Source of the DNA: Bacteroidia bacterium
GTDB lineage: Bacteria > Bacteroidota > Bacteroidia > NS11-12g > UBA9320
DNA: 42,607 bases
Direction of reading: 5' to 3'
Assembly: GCA_041689715.1 (NCBI GenBank)
Contig: JBDNFQ010000202.1
Span: 1-42,607 of the forward strand
The position numbers were made by a program, and so were the translations under genes. Positions 16,889 through 26,009 of this stretch are shown piece by piece. The notes under the pieces were generated by a model. That model saw only the letters and a list, made by a program, of their open reading frames with translations, did no database searches and was not told the origin of the DNA. Each line of letters opens with the position of its first letter. The first letter of the stretch is position 1.

Positions 16889-17108
16889 TTACTCAGTGCC
16901 TAATGGAGTTGCATTGGCTTTGTAAGTCTGCGTGCCAAAAAAGCATACTATCCCAAAAGTCAACTAGCCTAGGGAAATGATCCTCTAAATCTACTTGAGC
17001 TATTTCTGTAAAAAGGTGTGAAATAGATGAATCTGCTAACAGTTTATCATAGAAAGATCTCATTATGAGCAATATGTATTCTCTATTTATGATGTCTTCC
17101 TTATGCAT
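16889..17108 (-). pseudogene. Decayed group III truncated hemoglobin gene (frameshifted and 3'-truncated)
   Basis: The N-terminal 55 aa (FYDKLLADSSISHLF...HFPRLVDFWDSMLF) fit the trHb family. After a T6 run the family motif G.Q.Y.(G/A)N continues in the +1 frame (GTQTYKANA). Both frames stop by 16889-16895, so roughly half of a normal ~125-aa protein is missing. Confidence 0.55.
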
Positions 17109-18185
17109 CTACTTGCCTTTTATCAATACTCCATTATCCCATTGTTCGGTTTTCCACTTGCCACCATCGTGCTTCCAATAGTCCCAAGTGCCGTGTTTTA
17201 GATCATCTATAAACTCCCCTTTACATTTACCAAAAAGATTAGTAGCTCCTAAAGTCCATTTGCCATTTTTCTTGCCTGCTATATAACTTCCTTCATCTGC
17301 ACCTCCCTCTGAGAATGTATGCTCTACCCACGGACCTGTTTTGAGCCCTTCTTTGAAATCTCCATAAGTATCTATGCCATTCTGCTTGAATAGCTTATAA
17401 GACCCGTTTAATAGTCCGTTCTTATAGTTCTTAATCTCTAGAGGTTGCTCAGACATGGTATACATGATAGACTCGCCATTTAGCTTACCACTATTATAGG
17501 TTTCTTTTTGCATGAGTTTACCCTCTAGTGTAAATACCAGCTTTTCTCCTTCTTCAAATCCATTTACATAGTCACTAGTTTCGGCTACTACACCACTGAT
17601 ATGGAAGGTAGTACTTTTTCCGTCTCTTAGTCCATTGGTATAGTTTATTTCTTTTCTCTTTTCTTCTTCTCTGTCATAAGAGGTTACAAGACCGTGAGGC
17701 TTACCTTCTTTATAAATTCCTTCTTGCTCTGTTTTTCCATTGGAGTGATAAAGCGTAAAAGGTCCTTCCTCAATTCCATTTTCGAATGTTGCTTTTTTCT
17801 TTGGTCGTCCGTTATCGTGGTAGGAGATAAAACCTCCATCTAGCTTTCCATCCGTATATTGAGTAAACACCTCTGGGACACCATTGACGTAGAATGTTTT
17901 AAATACACCGTCTCTTACACCATTCTTATAGCCTATTTCTTGATCTGGCTTTCCATCTTCGTACCAACTTTTAAATAGACCATCTATTTGACCATTGCTC
18001 CATGTCACTTGCTGCAGATACTTGTTATTACTGGGCCAAAGGAGTAAGGACTCGCCGGTATATGGAATACCTTGATAGTAATAAAGGCCATCACTTTCCT
18101 TTGCAAGTTTGGCATAGGCCACCTTGTTTTGTCCTGAAGCTAAAAAGCTAAATGCTACTAGGAGACAGATTGAAATATATTTCAT
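17109..18185 (-). CDS. Secreted MORN-repeat (YwqK-family-like) protein
   Basis: Signal peptide MKYISICLLVAFSFLASGQ begins at ATG 18185. It is followed by many ~23-aa repeats of the form G..DG.(F/Y)..(W/Y)(Y/H).NG....E..Y..G...G. Confidence 0.75.
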   Translation of the reverse strand: MKYISICLLVAFSFLASGQNKVAYAKLAKESDGLYYYQGIPYTGESLLLWPSNNKYLQQVTWSNGQIDGLFKSWYEDGKPDQEIGYKNGVRDGVFKTFYVNGVPEVFTQYTDGKLDGGFISYHDNGRPKKKATFENGIEEGPFTLYHSNGKTEQEGIYKEGKPHGLVTSYDREEEKRKEINYTNGLRDGKSTTFHISGVVAETSDYVNGFEEGEKLVFTLEGKLMQKETYNSGKLNGESIMYTMSEQPLEIKNYKNGLLNGSYKLFKQNGIDTYGDFKEGLKTGPWVEHTFSEGGADEGSYIAGKKNGKWTLGATNLFGKCKGEFIDDLKHGTWDYWKHDGGKWKTEQWDNGVLIKGK

Positions 18186-18206
18186 ATGTATTCTTATAAT
18201 GCGGGG

Positions 18207-18214
18207 CAAATGTA
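18207..18214 (-). promoter_or_regulatory. Candidate -7 box (TACATTTG on the minus strand) for the MORN-repeat gene
   Basis: Plus strand reads CAAATGTA, an exact TAnnTTTG match on the minus strand, 21 nt upstream of the ATG at 18185. Confidence 0.35.
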
Positions 18215-18239
18215 TTTATTGTGCTGCTACGCTAAATGG

Positions 18240-19208
18240 TCAGTTTTTAACGATTTGTTCAACATTCTGCATATGCATACAGTTAAAATGACCTCTTGGG
18301 CATTTATCGCTTCCTAGCTTACTACACGGATTGCATTTTAGTTGTACTTTGTGATTAGTGATATTTGATTGTTGTGGTCTGTACGCATACATTCCAAAAC
18401 TAGGATGTGTATTACCCCATACAGCTTCTATAGGAGTATCAAATGCGGCAGCTATATGCATCATCCCCGTATCACTGGTTATTATTGATTTTGCGTTTTC
18501 TATAAGGTAGGCAGATTGTTCTATGCTCAGTTTGTTACATAGATTACACACACGTTTGTTTGTCGTATTTTTAGTCAAACGCTCTGCTTTCGTTGCATCA
18601 GCTTCGCCTGCTCCTATAAGGATAATGTTGCCGTTTAAACGTTTAAATAACGACAGTAAGATGCTCTCTGGAATTTGCTTGGTGTAGTAAGTGCCCCCAA
18701 CTGTGATAACTGTATACTCATTTTTCACAAGGCCATAACCACTCAAATCTAAGTGGAAGCTTGGAGCGTAAAAGAAGTCAATTCCCTTCCCGTCGTTTAT
18801 AATATTGACTTTCCTTAAGCTTGCGAAATACCTATCTACAATATGTATATCTGGCAACAGATCTATTTTGAAATTAACCAATAACCATTTGCGAATATTC
18901 TCTTTGTTATAGCTTATCGACTTAGTGTTTAGTGTTTTTATTAATCTTCTAGTTCGTACGTTCTTATGTAGGTCTATTACTAAGTCATAACTTTCCGACT
19001 GCAATTGTTGTGTTAGTTCTTTTTCTAGAGCCTTTTCATATGGCTTTATTGCATTCAGATGCGGATTATTCTCTACTAGGCTCAAAAAGGACTTCTTGGT
19101 TAAAAAGTGAATCTCAGCATCAGGGTATGCTGCTCGAGTGCATCGTATCACCGGAGTAGTTAATACTATGTCGCCTATAGAACTGAGTCTTAGTATTAAT
19201 ATTTTCAT
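18240..19208 (-). CDS. Glycosyltransferase family 9 (LPS heptosyltransferase-like)
   Basis: 322 aa. MKILILRLSSIGDIVLTTPVIR and the C-terminal SDTGMMHIAAA motif are characteristic of GT9 enzymes. Confidence 0.85.
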   Translation of the reverse strand: MKILILRLSSIGDIVLTTPVIRCTRAAYPDAEIHFLTKKSFLSLVENNPHLNAIKPYEKALEKELTQQLQSESYDLVIDLHKNVRTRRLIKTLNTKSISYNKENIRKWLLVNFKIDLLPDIHIVDRYFASLRKVNIINDGKGIDFFYAPSFHLDLSGYGLVKNEYTVITVGGTYYTKQIPESILLSLFKRLNGNIILIGAGEADATKAERLTKNTTNKRVCNLCNKLSIEQSAYLIENAKSIITSDTGMMHIAAAFDTPIEAVWGNTHPSFGMYAYRPQQSNITNHKVQLKCNPCSKLGSDKCPRGHFNCMHMQNVEQIVKN

Positions 19209-19633
19209 TGCTTGGGTGCATAGAGCACTTCCTTGGTCATAAATACATCGCCAAACATGTAAGCTGCAGAAACCCCATTTTCTATCATTGCGACGATCAC
19301 GGTTTGTTCTATTCCATTATCACCTTGAACTGCCATTATGTGTTTTATTACTCCATAAGAGCCAGAGTAAGAGCAGGGTAGTCTTGCTACATCGAAATCT
19401 CCTGTATTAAAAAAAGCATCGTAAAAATCTTGTCCATTTATACTGACAAAATCTACTGTATCCTGTTCAAAACGAGTCTTTTTGTATAAATCTATGTGTT
19501 CAAAAACATCTCCTTGACACGCATCGAAATAAAGGGTATCGTGTATTTTGATTTGAACTTCTTTTTCGACTTGGGCAGATACACTTGTGTGTATCATTAA
19601 AAAGGCTGTTAATATTAAAATGGACCTTAACAT
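19205..19633 (-). CDS. Hypothetical secreted protein (142 aa)
   Basis: Signal peptide MLRSILILTAFLMIHTSVSAQ. I recognise no family. It is tightly packed, 3 nt after the NfeD stop and with an ATGA overlap onto the GT9 gene. Confidence 0.6.
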   Translation of the reverse strand: MLRSILILTAFLMIHTSVSAQVEKEVQIKIHDTLYFDACQGDVFEHIDLYKKTRFEQDTVDFVSINGQDFYDAFFNTGDFDVARLPCSYSGSYGVIKHIMAVQGDNGIEQTVIVAMIENGVSAAYMFGDVFMTKEVLYAPKQ

Positions 19634-19636
19634 AAC

Positions 19637-20884
19637 TTATATTGATTTGACCACTAGATATTGGTTTTCGATGCTTAAGACTACGATTTTAGCACCACTA
19701 TCTATGAACTCACCATAGGTTTTAGCTTCAAAAGTAGTGCCATTTATTATAATTTTACCCATAGGGCGTAGAGCACTTGCTGTCACTCCTTGAGCCCCTT
19801 TTAGATCGTCGAGGTCATTGCTCTCTTGCTGTACATTTACTTTACTACCTATTGTGGTTTTTAGCACTACATTATCAAATATCTTTAAATTCATAATTTT
19901 TTTTCTAAATACAACGAGTAGCACACTTAAAACTATCAACCCTAATAAGAATCCTGTAATAATGGAGAGTAACTTTGTGTGACTAGTATCTGCAACATCA
20001 AAATTAGTGGAACGTAGCACAGATAGCATTAAGCTAATAATAAGTAATACTAAACTGCTTAGTCCAGCAACACCAAATCCAGGAATTACAAATATCTCTA
20101 GTGCCATTAGCACAAAGGCAGCTAGTGCCATAAGACCTATAAAATAACTAGTTACTGGAGAATATAGAAATGAGTAGAACTTATCTAATGAAGAGGGTTG
20201 AAGTGTTATTATTTCTGCATTGTCTAAATTCTTGTAAGTGATCAATTCTTGTAAACTAGGTATCACTTTTTCACAATAGCCCCACTTTATAGCTTCGTCA
20301 GTTGTAAGTGTTATCACTTTGGATGAATCGTCTAATCCTTCTACCACTATTCGTTCGTCTACCATTCCTTCGGCGATAGCTGGGTTACGTTTGTAGATGT
20401 AGGTGGTGTCACCATCTATAGATATTTGTGGCACCATGCCTTTACTTTCTGCAGTGGTTTTCATAAGCTTTCTAAAATAGCTTTGGTATTTATCTATCGC
20501 CTTGGTTCCATCACCATAGACTACGGTAGAAGCTCCTATACTACTTCCTTTTCGCATATAAATTTCATCACAGGCTAGCGAAATAAGGGCACCTGCACTT
20601 GCAGCATTACTTTCTATATATACAGCTGTTTGTATCTTGGTATTTATCAGGGCAGATCGAATTAGCTCAGCTTCCTCTACCAAGCCACCATACGTATTCA
20701 TATGTACCAAGAGTAGTGTTGCCTTCTCATCTTCCGCTTTTTGCACGGCTCTAAGAGCTAACCTGCTAGATTCTGTGTTAATATCACTTTTAAGCTCGAA
20801 AATAACAACTTTGGGAGTGCTACCTTGAGCTAAAGTAGTAAGTGTAGCTATCAAAAGGAAGAATTGAACGAATATCTGTTTCAT
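19637..20884 (-). CDS. NfeD-family membrane-bound serine protease (ClpP-fold N-domain, TM segments, C-terminal NfeD OB domain)
   Basis: It has a signal peptide, a ClpP/SppA-like nucleophile context (ESNAASAGALISLACD), a hydrophobic multi-TM block (aa ~245-330), and a C-terminal beta-rich NfeD domain (GVTASALRPMGKIIINGTTFEAKTYGEFIDSGAKIVV). ATG 20884 is preferred over the GTG at 20893. Confidence 0.8.
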   Translation of the reverse strand: MKQIFVQFFLLIATLTTLAQGSTPKVVIFELKSDINTESSRLALRAVQKAEDEKATLLLVHMNTYGGLVEEAELIRSALINTKIQTAVYIESNAASAGALISLACDEIYMRKGSSIGASTVVYGDGTKAIDKYQSYFRKLMKTTAESKGMVPQISIDGDTTYIYKRNPAIAEGMVDERIVVEGLDDSSKVITLTTDEAIKWGYCEKVIPSLQELITYKNLDNAEIITLQPSSLDKFYSFLYSPVTSYFIGLMALAAFVLMALEIFVIPGFGVAGLSSLVLLIISLMLSVLRSTNFDVADTSHTKLLSIITGFLLGLIVLSVLLVVFRKKIMNLKIFDNVVLKTTIGSKVNVQQESNDLDDLKGAQGVTASALRPMGKIIINGTTFEAKTYGEFIDSGAKIVVLSIENQYLVVKSI

Positions 20885-20955
20885 TTTAACCACAATACTA
20901 CGAATACAAACAATAAACGTGAATAACTAAATGTTAAACGGAGAAATATCATAGA

Positions 20956-20963
20956 TAAATTTG
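20956..20963 (+). promoter_or_regulatory. Candidate -7 box (TAAATTTG) for the LysM gene / O-antigen ligase operon
   Basis: Exact TAnnTTTG match 14 nt upstream of the ATG at 20978. Confidence 0.4.
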
Positions 20964-20977
20964 TAATACATAAGAAA

Positions 20978-21928
20978 ATGAAGAACTTAATAGTACTTAC
21001 TTTTATTTTAATCGGACAAACTGCTCTTGCTCACAAAACAGATTCGATAGGTATAAAAGTAAAAAACGGAAAAACATATGTCATTCACAAAGTAGAGAAA
21101 GGTGATGGACTATATAGCCTAAGTAAGCAATATAATATTAGCTTGAAATCTATAATAGAAGAAAACCCAGGCTCTGATAAGGTGATAGTAATAGACCAAC
21201 TAATTTGGATTCCAACAGGCAAGGTAGCGGTAATGGAAGAAAAAGTAGTGAAGGACTATTTTTCTAATGCTGGTAATATAAAAGATAATCCTCAAGTCCA
21301 AGATAAAACCGAGGAAACGACAGAAGTAAGTACGTTTGCTAAATATCATAAAGTAACATCTGGGCAAACTCTGTATTCTATATCTTTGCTCTATAACACT
21401 AGTGTAGAGATGATAAAAACCTTGAATAGTCTAAAGGATAATGAATTATCAGAAGGTCAAAAGTTGCTAGTACAAGATGGTAAAGCGGTGAAAACTGATA
21501 TAATCAAAGGAGATGATGTAGTAGAGACGGACTACGAGAATATGAAAAAAGAGATGGACAAAAACTATGAAGATGTAGGATTTAAGAGTGGGGTGAAGAC
21601 TAAGGTAAATAAGGAATCAGATGGCTATACTATCAAAATAGAGAAATTGGTAGAGTATAATATTGAAAAAATAGAAGAAACAGGAACTTGTTTAATCGGT
21701 GCAGACAAAATACCAAGTGATAAGAATTTTGCATTACATTTCAATGCTCTCATTGGCACCGTGGTTATGGTTACCAACCCACAGACCAAGAGTACAGTTT
21801 TTGTAAAAGTGATTGGGAATTTTGAAAAAGGCGAAAAAAGCTCACAAATAATAAAGTTGTCATCTACCACTGCCGAACAGATAGGAGTAAAGTCGAAAGA
21901 TCCTATTATGCTTAGTTATGCTCGATAA
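20978..21928 (+). CDS. LysM-domain peptidoglycan-binding protein, possibly with an RlpA-like DPBB C-terminal domain
   Basis: There are two LysM modules (HKVEKGDGLYSLSKQYNISLKSIIEEN and HKVTSGQTLYSISLLYNTSVEMIKTLNSL). The C-terminus (ALHFNALIGTVVMVTNPQTKSTVFVKVIG...IKLSSTTAEQIGV) resembles a double-psi beta-barrel. Confidence 0.75.
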   Translation: MKNLIVLTFILIGQTALAHKTDSIGIKVKNGKTYVIHKVEKGDGLYSLSKQYNISLKSIIEENPGSDKVIVIDQLIWIPTGKVAVMEEKVVKDYFSNAGNIKDNPQVQDKTEETTEVSTFAKYHKVTSGQTLYSISLLYNTSVEMIKTLNSLKDNELSEGQKLLVQDGKAVKTDIIKGDDVVETDYENMKKEMDKNYEDVGFKSGVKTKVNKESDGYTIKIEKLVEYNIEKIEETGTCLIGADKIPSDKNFALHFNALIGTVVMVTNPQTKSTVFVKVIGNFEKGEKSSQIIKLSSTTAEQIGVKSKDPIMLSYAR

Positions 21929-23159
21929 ATTTCAATGGCAAATATTAGTATCTAAAATTTATGTATCGACCGTAGTAATTGGTTTTGCAGCACTTTGGTT
22001 TTCCCCTGCGATTGTAAGCATAGCTACTGCTCTTTGCAGTAGCTTGTTTTTAGCATTAGCTACGACTTTACTCTCAGAAAGCTACAAAAGATTACTCTAT
22101 CCCGTCTTTTTAATCCTATTGTTAACTCTAGTAGATATGGTTTTTCATAGTTCTATTAGTATAGTCGCAGATAAATTGCTCCTCATTTTAGGGTTTGCTT
22201 TTCTATTTCTTTCAGGATCCTATTTTCAACTTGTGAAGTCTAAGAATCTCATTTTTATTTTCTTAACACTTTGTGGCATAGTGCTAGTAATTAATATTAT
22301 GTCTGTGACTAATTATTTTCTTGATAAGGAACATTACGATCAATTGCTATTACAAAGCAAGAGCATTCCTATCACCTCTGAGATGCATCACATACATTTT
22401 GGTATTATCAATGCGATTGCATTAATTGGTCTAGGAGGTTTGTTGGTACTTGGTAAAGTGAAGAATACGATACAAGTGTTTACACTATTGGCCTTTATTG
22501 CGATATTTTTTTGTTTTCACATATTAAGTTCCAGAACAGGGTTGTTAGCTTTCTATTTAGCTCTATTAGTGAGTATTGTTGCATATGCTGTTAGATCAGG
22601 TAAGAGGAAGGTGATTTATATAGGAATGGCTGCCATACCATTGATGCTAGCGAGTGCCTATTTTCTTAGTTCATCCTTTCAAAATAAAGTTACAAATAGT
22701 ATAGAAGACATCCAAAGTTGGGGTAATCCAGAAGAAATAAACCACAAGTCTATGGCTATGCGTATAGAGGCATACAAGGTAAGTGTTCAGCTTATTTTAC
22801 AAAATCCCTTGGGAGTGGGAGCTGGTTTAATGGATGAGAGAATGCAAGAAATGTATGAGAATAACGGTAGTATACTTTCTAGAGGAAATAGAAAAGGACC
22901 TCACAATCAGTTTTTAGAATTTGGTGTGAAATATGGATGGATTGGCATTTTAGCCTTGCTATTCTTTTTCTATGAGTTGCTTAAATACACAAAGCAAAGT
23001 GGTTTTCCTGTTTTAGGTCTAGTTGCTTTACTATTTGTGGCTATGCAATTTGAATCATTGCTAGAGCGACAAACAAGTATCTATACTATTGGATTATTTC
23101 TACCTCTTTTTATGATTCTTTTTTCTGATAATGAAACAAATGGTACTACTCTGACGTAA
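21918..23159 (+). CDS. O-antigen ligase (Wzy_C/WaaL-like) family membrane protein
   Basis: 413 aa and polytopic. SSRTGLLAF and the HNQFLEFGVKYGWIGILALL motif are typical of the family. It overlaps the LysM gene by 11 nt. Confidence 0.8.
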   Translation: MLDKFQWQILVSKIYVSTVVIGFAALWFSPAIVSIATALCSSLFLALATTLLSESYKRLLYPVFLILLLTLVDMVFHSSISIVADKLLLILGFAFLFLSGSYFQLVKSKNLIFIFLTLCGIVLVINIMSVTNYFLDKEHYDQLLLQSKSIPITSEMHHIHFGIINAIALIGLGGLLVLGKVKNTIQVFTLLAFIAIFFCFHILSSRTGLLAFYLALLVSIVAYAVRSGKRKVIYIGMAAIPLMLASAYFLSSSFQNKVTNSIEDIQSWGNPEEINHKSMAMRIEAYKVSVQLILQNPLGVGAGLMDERMQEMYENNGSILSRGNRKGPHNQFLEFGVKYGWIGILALLFFFYELLKYTKQSGFPVLGLVALLFVAMQFESLLERQTSIYTIGLFLPLFMILFSDNETNGTTLT

Positions 23160-23199
23160 TACTATGTATTTTGGAACTAATTTTGATACATCAAGCATA

Positions 23200-23961
23200 A
23201 TGAGACATTTACTAGCATTTACTTTACTGTTTTCTATATTTCTAGGTTTTGGCCAAGTGTATGACAATGAGGATGATGAAGCTACTGAAGATAACGCGAA
23301 ATCAGACTTTTTCGATTACAAAAAAAGGCTCTATCTAGGACTTAATAATTCATTTTATGTTGATTTCATAACGTCCCCTCTTGGTACTTTTAAAATAGAA
23401 AATAATAACGTCGGTGGAGGGATACGCTATGATGATGCTGCCGTGCAAACAAGTTATCTTAGTTATTTTACAATAGCAATAGAGCCTAGATATAATCTTA
23501 TAGATATCAAAGAAAACTTAGCTCTTGCTGTATCTGCACAAATAGCAGCTGGCTTTGGCAGCACATATGCAGCTTCAGAGTATGCGGCGAGTGCAGAAGG
23601 GTTTGGCAATTTTCAAATTCCAGTAATGCTTAGACTGTATTACGGAGCTAGCTCTACTCACGCAGCCAAGGACGATTTTGGTGTGAATATAGGAGCTGGG
23701 TATGAGCTTAATAAAGTGGGAGTTTTAAATTTTGGTGCAGAAAATAGGAATCCAGATCTGAATAGAGCCTGGATAATGCCTGCAGTGACTGCTGGAGTCC
23801 ATTTTTATAGAGGGTCATCTCCTATGGAAGTGAACCTAAAATACGGTTTTGGCCCAATACAGAATCAGAAGATAGATAATTTTGGCAATCCATTAAGAGG
23901 CAGACATACTACACGTGCCAACTCAATAAAACTAAGTTTCACGTATCTATTAGATAATTAA
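23200..23961 (+). CDS. Hypothetical outer-membrane beta-barrel-like protein
   Basis: Signal peptide MRHLLAFTLLFSIFLGFGQ begins at ATG 23200. The sequence is Gly/Ala/Tyr-rich with alternating hydrophobicity, and the C-terminal strand is SIKLSFTYLL. I recognise no family. Confidence 0.55.
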   Translation: MRHLLAFTLLFSIFLGFGQVYDNEDDEATEDNAKSDFFDYKKRLYLGLNNSFYVDFITSPLGTFKIENNNVGGGIRYDDAAVQTSYLSYFTIAIEPRYNLIDIKENLALAVSAQIAAGFGSTYAASEYAASAEGFGNFQIPVMLRLYYGASSTHAAKDDFGVNIGAGYELNKVGVLNFGAENRNPDLNRAWIMPAVTAGVHFYRGSSPMEVNLKYGFGPIQNQKIDNFGNPLRGRHTTRANSIKLSFTYLLDN

Positions 23962-24002
23962 CAAACTCTAAATTATTACCTTCGAACTATTTATAACTAA
24001 AG

Positions 24003-26009
24003 GTGACTAATAGAGATATAAGCTGGCTTTCTTTTAATGAGAGAGTACTACAAGAGGCTCAGGACGAGTCTGTACCACTAATAGAACGTATGCGTTTTCT
24101 GGGGATTTACTCTAATAACTTAGATGAATTTTTTAGGGTTCGTGTGGCTACCATACTTCGGCTTAAAAAAGCTCTGTCTTCTACTGATAGTGAACTAGCA
24201 CAACAGACAGGGCTCATATTAGAAGAAATACAAAGTAAGGTGATTACCTTGCAAGAAAAATTCTACAGTACGTATGAGCATATTTTACTTCAGCTCAAGC
24301 AACACAACATTCATATAAAGAATGAAAATGATCTGAACGATGAACAAGAAATTTTTATCAGAGACTTTTTTTTAAAAGAGGTAGAGTCGTTTATTACTCC
24401 AATCATACTAGATAATCTAGACAAATTTCCATATTTAAAAGATAGGTCTGTTTATCTTTTCATTAGTTTTATAACAAGAGGCCAAAAAAGACAATATGCT
24501 GTAATAGAGCTGCCTACAGACGACATTTCTCGTTTTCTAGTATTGCCAAGCAGTACACACGAACAAAATATCATCTATCTGGATGATGTCATTCGTTATA
24601 ATATTAAGTACATACTTTCCATTTTTGAGCCCGCAGAGATAGAGTCGTATATTATAAAACTCACACGTGACGCAGAGCTAGATTTAGACGATGATTTTAG
24701 CGAAAGTTATTACGAAAAAATAACCAAAAGTCTAAATAATAGAAAAACAGGAAAGGTAGTACGTTTGGTGCACGATAAGGAGATGCCGCAGGAGTATGTT
24801 GAGTTTATTGCAAAAAACATAAAGTTAAATCAAATCACAAATGTAATACCTGGCGGTAGGTACCATAATTTTAGAGATTTTATGAGTTTTCCTAGTTTAG
24901 ATAGGTCAGATTTATGTTTTGAGAAAGCTCCCGTATTCGAGCATAAGGATATTCAAAGTGAAACATCCATAATAAAACAAGTAGATAAACAAGATTTTTT
25001 ATTCCAGTTTCCATATCATTCGTTCGATTATGTGATAGATATTATCAGAGAGGCTGCTATAGATCCCAAGGTAGTTGGTATTAAAATCAGCCTATACAGA
25101 GTGGCACCTAAGTCAAAGATTATAATAGCACTAAAGAACGCTGCAAGAAATGGGAAGCAGGTATATGTAGTTATAGAACTAAGGGCACGATTTGACGAAG
25201 AAGCAAACTTAGAGTGGTCTAAAAGTCTAAAAGAAGATAATATTCATATAGAGTTTGGTTTAAAGGGGTTAAAAGTTCACAGTAAAGTGCTTTTAATTCA
25301 ACGTAGGTTTAAGAAAAGTATTAAAAACTATGCACTAATAAGTACTGGGAATTTTCATGAGAAGACGGCTAACATATATGGAGATACAGCTTATTTTACT
25401 GCTGACGAGCGTATAACAAGTGATGTAGCTCGCATATTCGATATTTTTGATAAACCATACATGCCATATGAGTTTAAGCACCTGCTAGTAGCACCTATAA
25501 ACCTAAGAAAAGGTATATATGATCAAATTAATACCCAAGTTCAACTTGCAGAGCAGGGTGGTGAAGGACGTATTCTTATAAAAGTAAATAATCTAGTAGA
25601 TGAAGGAATCATAAATGCCTTATTGGATGCTGCTAAGTCTGGGGTGAAGATAAGGCTGATAGTGCGTGGTGTGTGTAGTTTAGTGCCTACAGAAAATATT
25701 GAGATACGTAGTATAGTTGGTCGATTTTTAGAACATTCCCGAATTTTTTGGTTTGGTGATGAAACTATAGGTGAGATATTTTTAGGTTCTGCAGATTTGA
25801 TGACTAGAAATCTTGATATTAGAATAGAAGCATTGACTCCAATCTACGATAAAAAATTAAAAAGCGAGCTAGTAGACTACCTCTCACTGCAATGGGCTGA
25901 TAATCTAAATGCAAGGATAATAGATGCTGAGATGACTAATGTGATGTACACCGACTCAAATGAGCCGGTTCATTCGCAAGCAGATATGTATAAACTACTT
26001 AGAAAATAG
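24003..26009 (+). CDS. ppk1: Polyphosphate kinase 1
   Basis: 668 aa. RDISWLSFNERVLQEA...PLIERMRFLGIYSNNLDEFFRVRV is the PPK1 N-terminus, and two PLD-like HxK/HxR motifs are present (VHSKVLLI, EHSRIFWF). GTG start. Confidence 0.93.
   Translation: MTNRDISWLSFNERVLQEAQDESVPLIERMRFLGIYSNNLDEFFRVRVATILRLKKALSSTDSELAQQTGLILEEIQSKVITLQEKFYSTYEHILLQLKQHNIHIKNENDLNDEQEIFIRDFFLKEVESFITPIILDNLDKFPYLKDRSVYLFISFITRGQKRQYAVIELPTDDISRFLVLPSSTHEQNIIYLDDVIRYNIKYILSIFEPAEIESYIIKLTRDAELDLDDDFSESYYEKITKSLNNRKTGKVVRLVHDKEMPQEYVEFIAKNIKLNQITNVIPGGRYHNFRDFMSFPSLDRSDLCFEKAPVFEHKDIQSETSIIKQVDKQDFLFQFPYHSFDYVIDIIREAAIDPKVVGIKISLYRVAPKSKIIIALKNAARNGKQVYVVIELRARFDEEANLEWSKSLKEDNIHIEFGLKGLKVHSKVLLIQRRFKKSIKNYALISTGNFHEKTANIYGDTAYFTADERITSDVARIFDIFDKPYMPYEFKHLLVAPINLRKGIYDQINTQVQLAEQGGEGRILIKVNNLVDEGIINALLDAAKSGVKIRLIVRGVCSLVPTENIEIRSIVGRFLEHSRIFWFGDETIGEIFLGSADLMTRNLDIRIEALTPIYDKKLKSELVDYLSLQWADNLNARIIDAEMTNVMYTDSNEPVHSQADMYKLLRK

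Noticed and set aside
16650-16925. 91-aa plus-strand ORF
   Set aside because: It is antisense to the pentapeptide-repeat gene and reflects that repeat's periodicity.
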